Of a stretch of 64,000 nt of DNA, positions 63,639 through 64,000 are shown in pieces. Position numbers and translations under genes: made by a program. The stretch comes from an uncultured Flavobacteriales bacterium (lineage in GTDB: Bacteria; Bacteroidota; Bacteroidia; Flavobacteriales_E; Vicingaceae), in the NCBI GenBank assembly GCA_905479325.1, contig CAJQLW010000010.1, positions 1,333 through 65,332 of the forward strand, given 5' to 3'. Position 1 is the stretch's first letter. Each line of letters starts with the position of its first letter. The notes beneath the pieces were generated by a model that saw only the letters and a program-made list of their open reading frames with translations, had not been told where the DNA came from and ran no database searches.

Positions 63639-64000
63639 ATGGATCAAGATTTTATTATAAAAATTAGTGTTTTAGCACTTTACGTAGGTGTACTCTTTCT
63701 CATTGGCATCGTGGCCTCTAAACGAATCAAGGGCATGAGCGACTATTACGTTGGAGGAAAAAAAATGGGCTTTTGGGCCGTAGCCTTTTCTGCTAGAGCA
63801 ACCGGAGAATCAGGTTGGCTTTTAATTGGTTTAACAGGAATGGGTGCCATGGCAGGATTTTCAAGCTATTGGGTAGTTCTTGGCGAATTATTAGGCGTCT
63901 TTATTTCTTGGCAATTCATGGCCAAACGCTTCAAACGCAGGTCAGATAGTTACGGGGCCATTACCATTCCAGATTACCTTAACAGCCATTTTAAATCAGC
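63639..64000 (+). CDS. Sodium:solute symporter (PutP-like SSS family); 3' end outside the window
   Basis: The ATG at 63639 is open to the window end. YYVGGKKMGFWAVAFSARATGESGWLLIGLTGMG is a typical SSS N-terminus. Confidence 0.8.
   Translation, partial: MDQDFIIKISVLALYVGVLFLIGIVASKRIKGMSDYYVGGKKMGFWAVAFSARATGESGWLLIGLTGMGAMAGFSSYWVVLGELLGVFISWQFMAKRFKRRSDSYGAITIPDYLNSHFKS

Noticed and set aside
1-64000. tRNA, rRNA, tmRNA, integron, prophage, and toxin-antitoxin or restriction-modification systems
   Set aside because: Scanning the intergenic regions found no cloverleaf-compatible GTTCGAATC-type T-arm and no rRNA-like stretches. There are no integrase, recombinase, methyltransferase-nuclease pairs or phage structural genes. 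The only mobile-element trace is the IS1595 remnant.

Overview
AT-rich chromosomal segment that looks like Bacteroidota, Flavobacteriia-like. Six genes end in type IX secretion (T9SS) C-terminal sorting domains. Many start codons lie about 18-35 nt downstream of a TAnnTTTG -7 box, and the uncharacterised families present (DUF2490, DUF4956, DUF1207 and similar) fit that phylum. There are roughly 65 protein-coding genes. They include an Fe/B12-type ABC importer, a SCO1/TlpA-like thiol-redox operon, prfC and an SF2 helicase. A cold-shock-type cluster has two DEAD-box helicases flanking a CSD protein. A lipoprotein-DUF2490-VTC-DUF4956 operon sits next to a 1378-aa GH81 beta-1,3-glucanase. Further genes are an msrB-msrA-selO operon, a CotH/lamin-tail protein, an ABC-F ATPase and two orphan response regulators. 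An OxyR-peroxiredoxin-thioredoxin-dps cluster, SRAP, and a cysteine dioxygenase / PLP-decarboxylase pair next to a Na+/solute symporter complete the set. I found no rRNA, tRNA, CRISPR array, prophage or intact mobile element. Three things stand out. (1) The translationally coupled VTC/DUF4956/DUF2490 envelope operon has no assigned function. (2) An unusual number of genes are disrupted: three in-frame stop codons, two frameshifts and three or four truncations, including an IS1595 remnant fused to a truncated HerA-like gene. (3) A ~48-nt intergenic element occurs twice at about 90% identity, and one copy lies upstream of a strong terminator hairpin that ends 9 nt before a start codon. All functional calls rest on motif recognition by eye; no database search was run.
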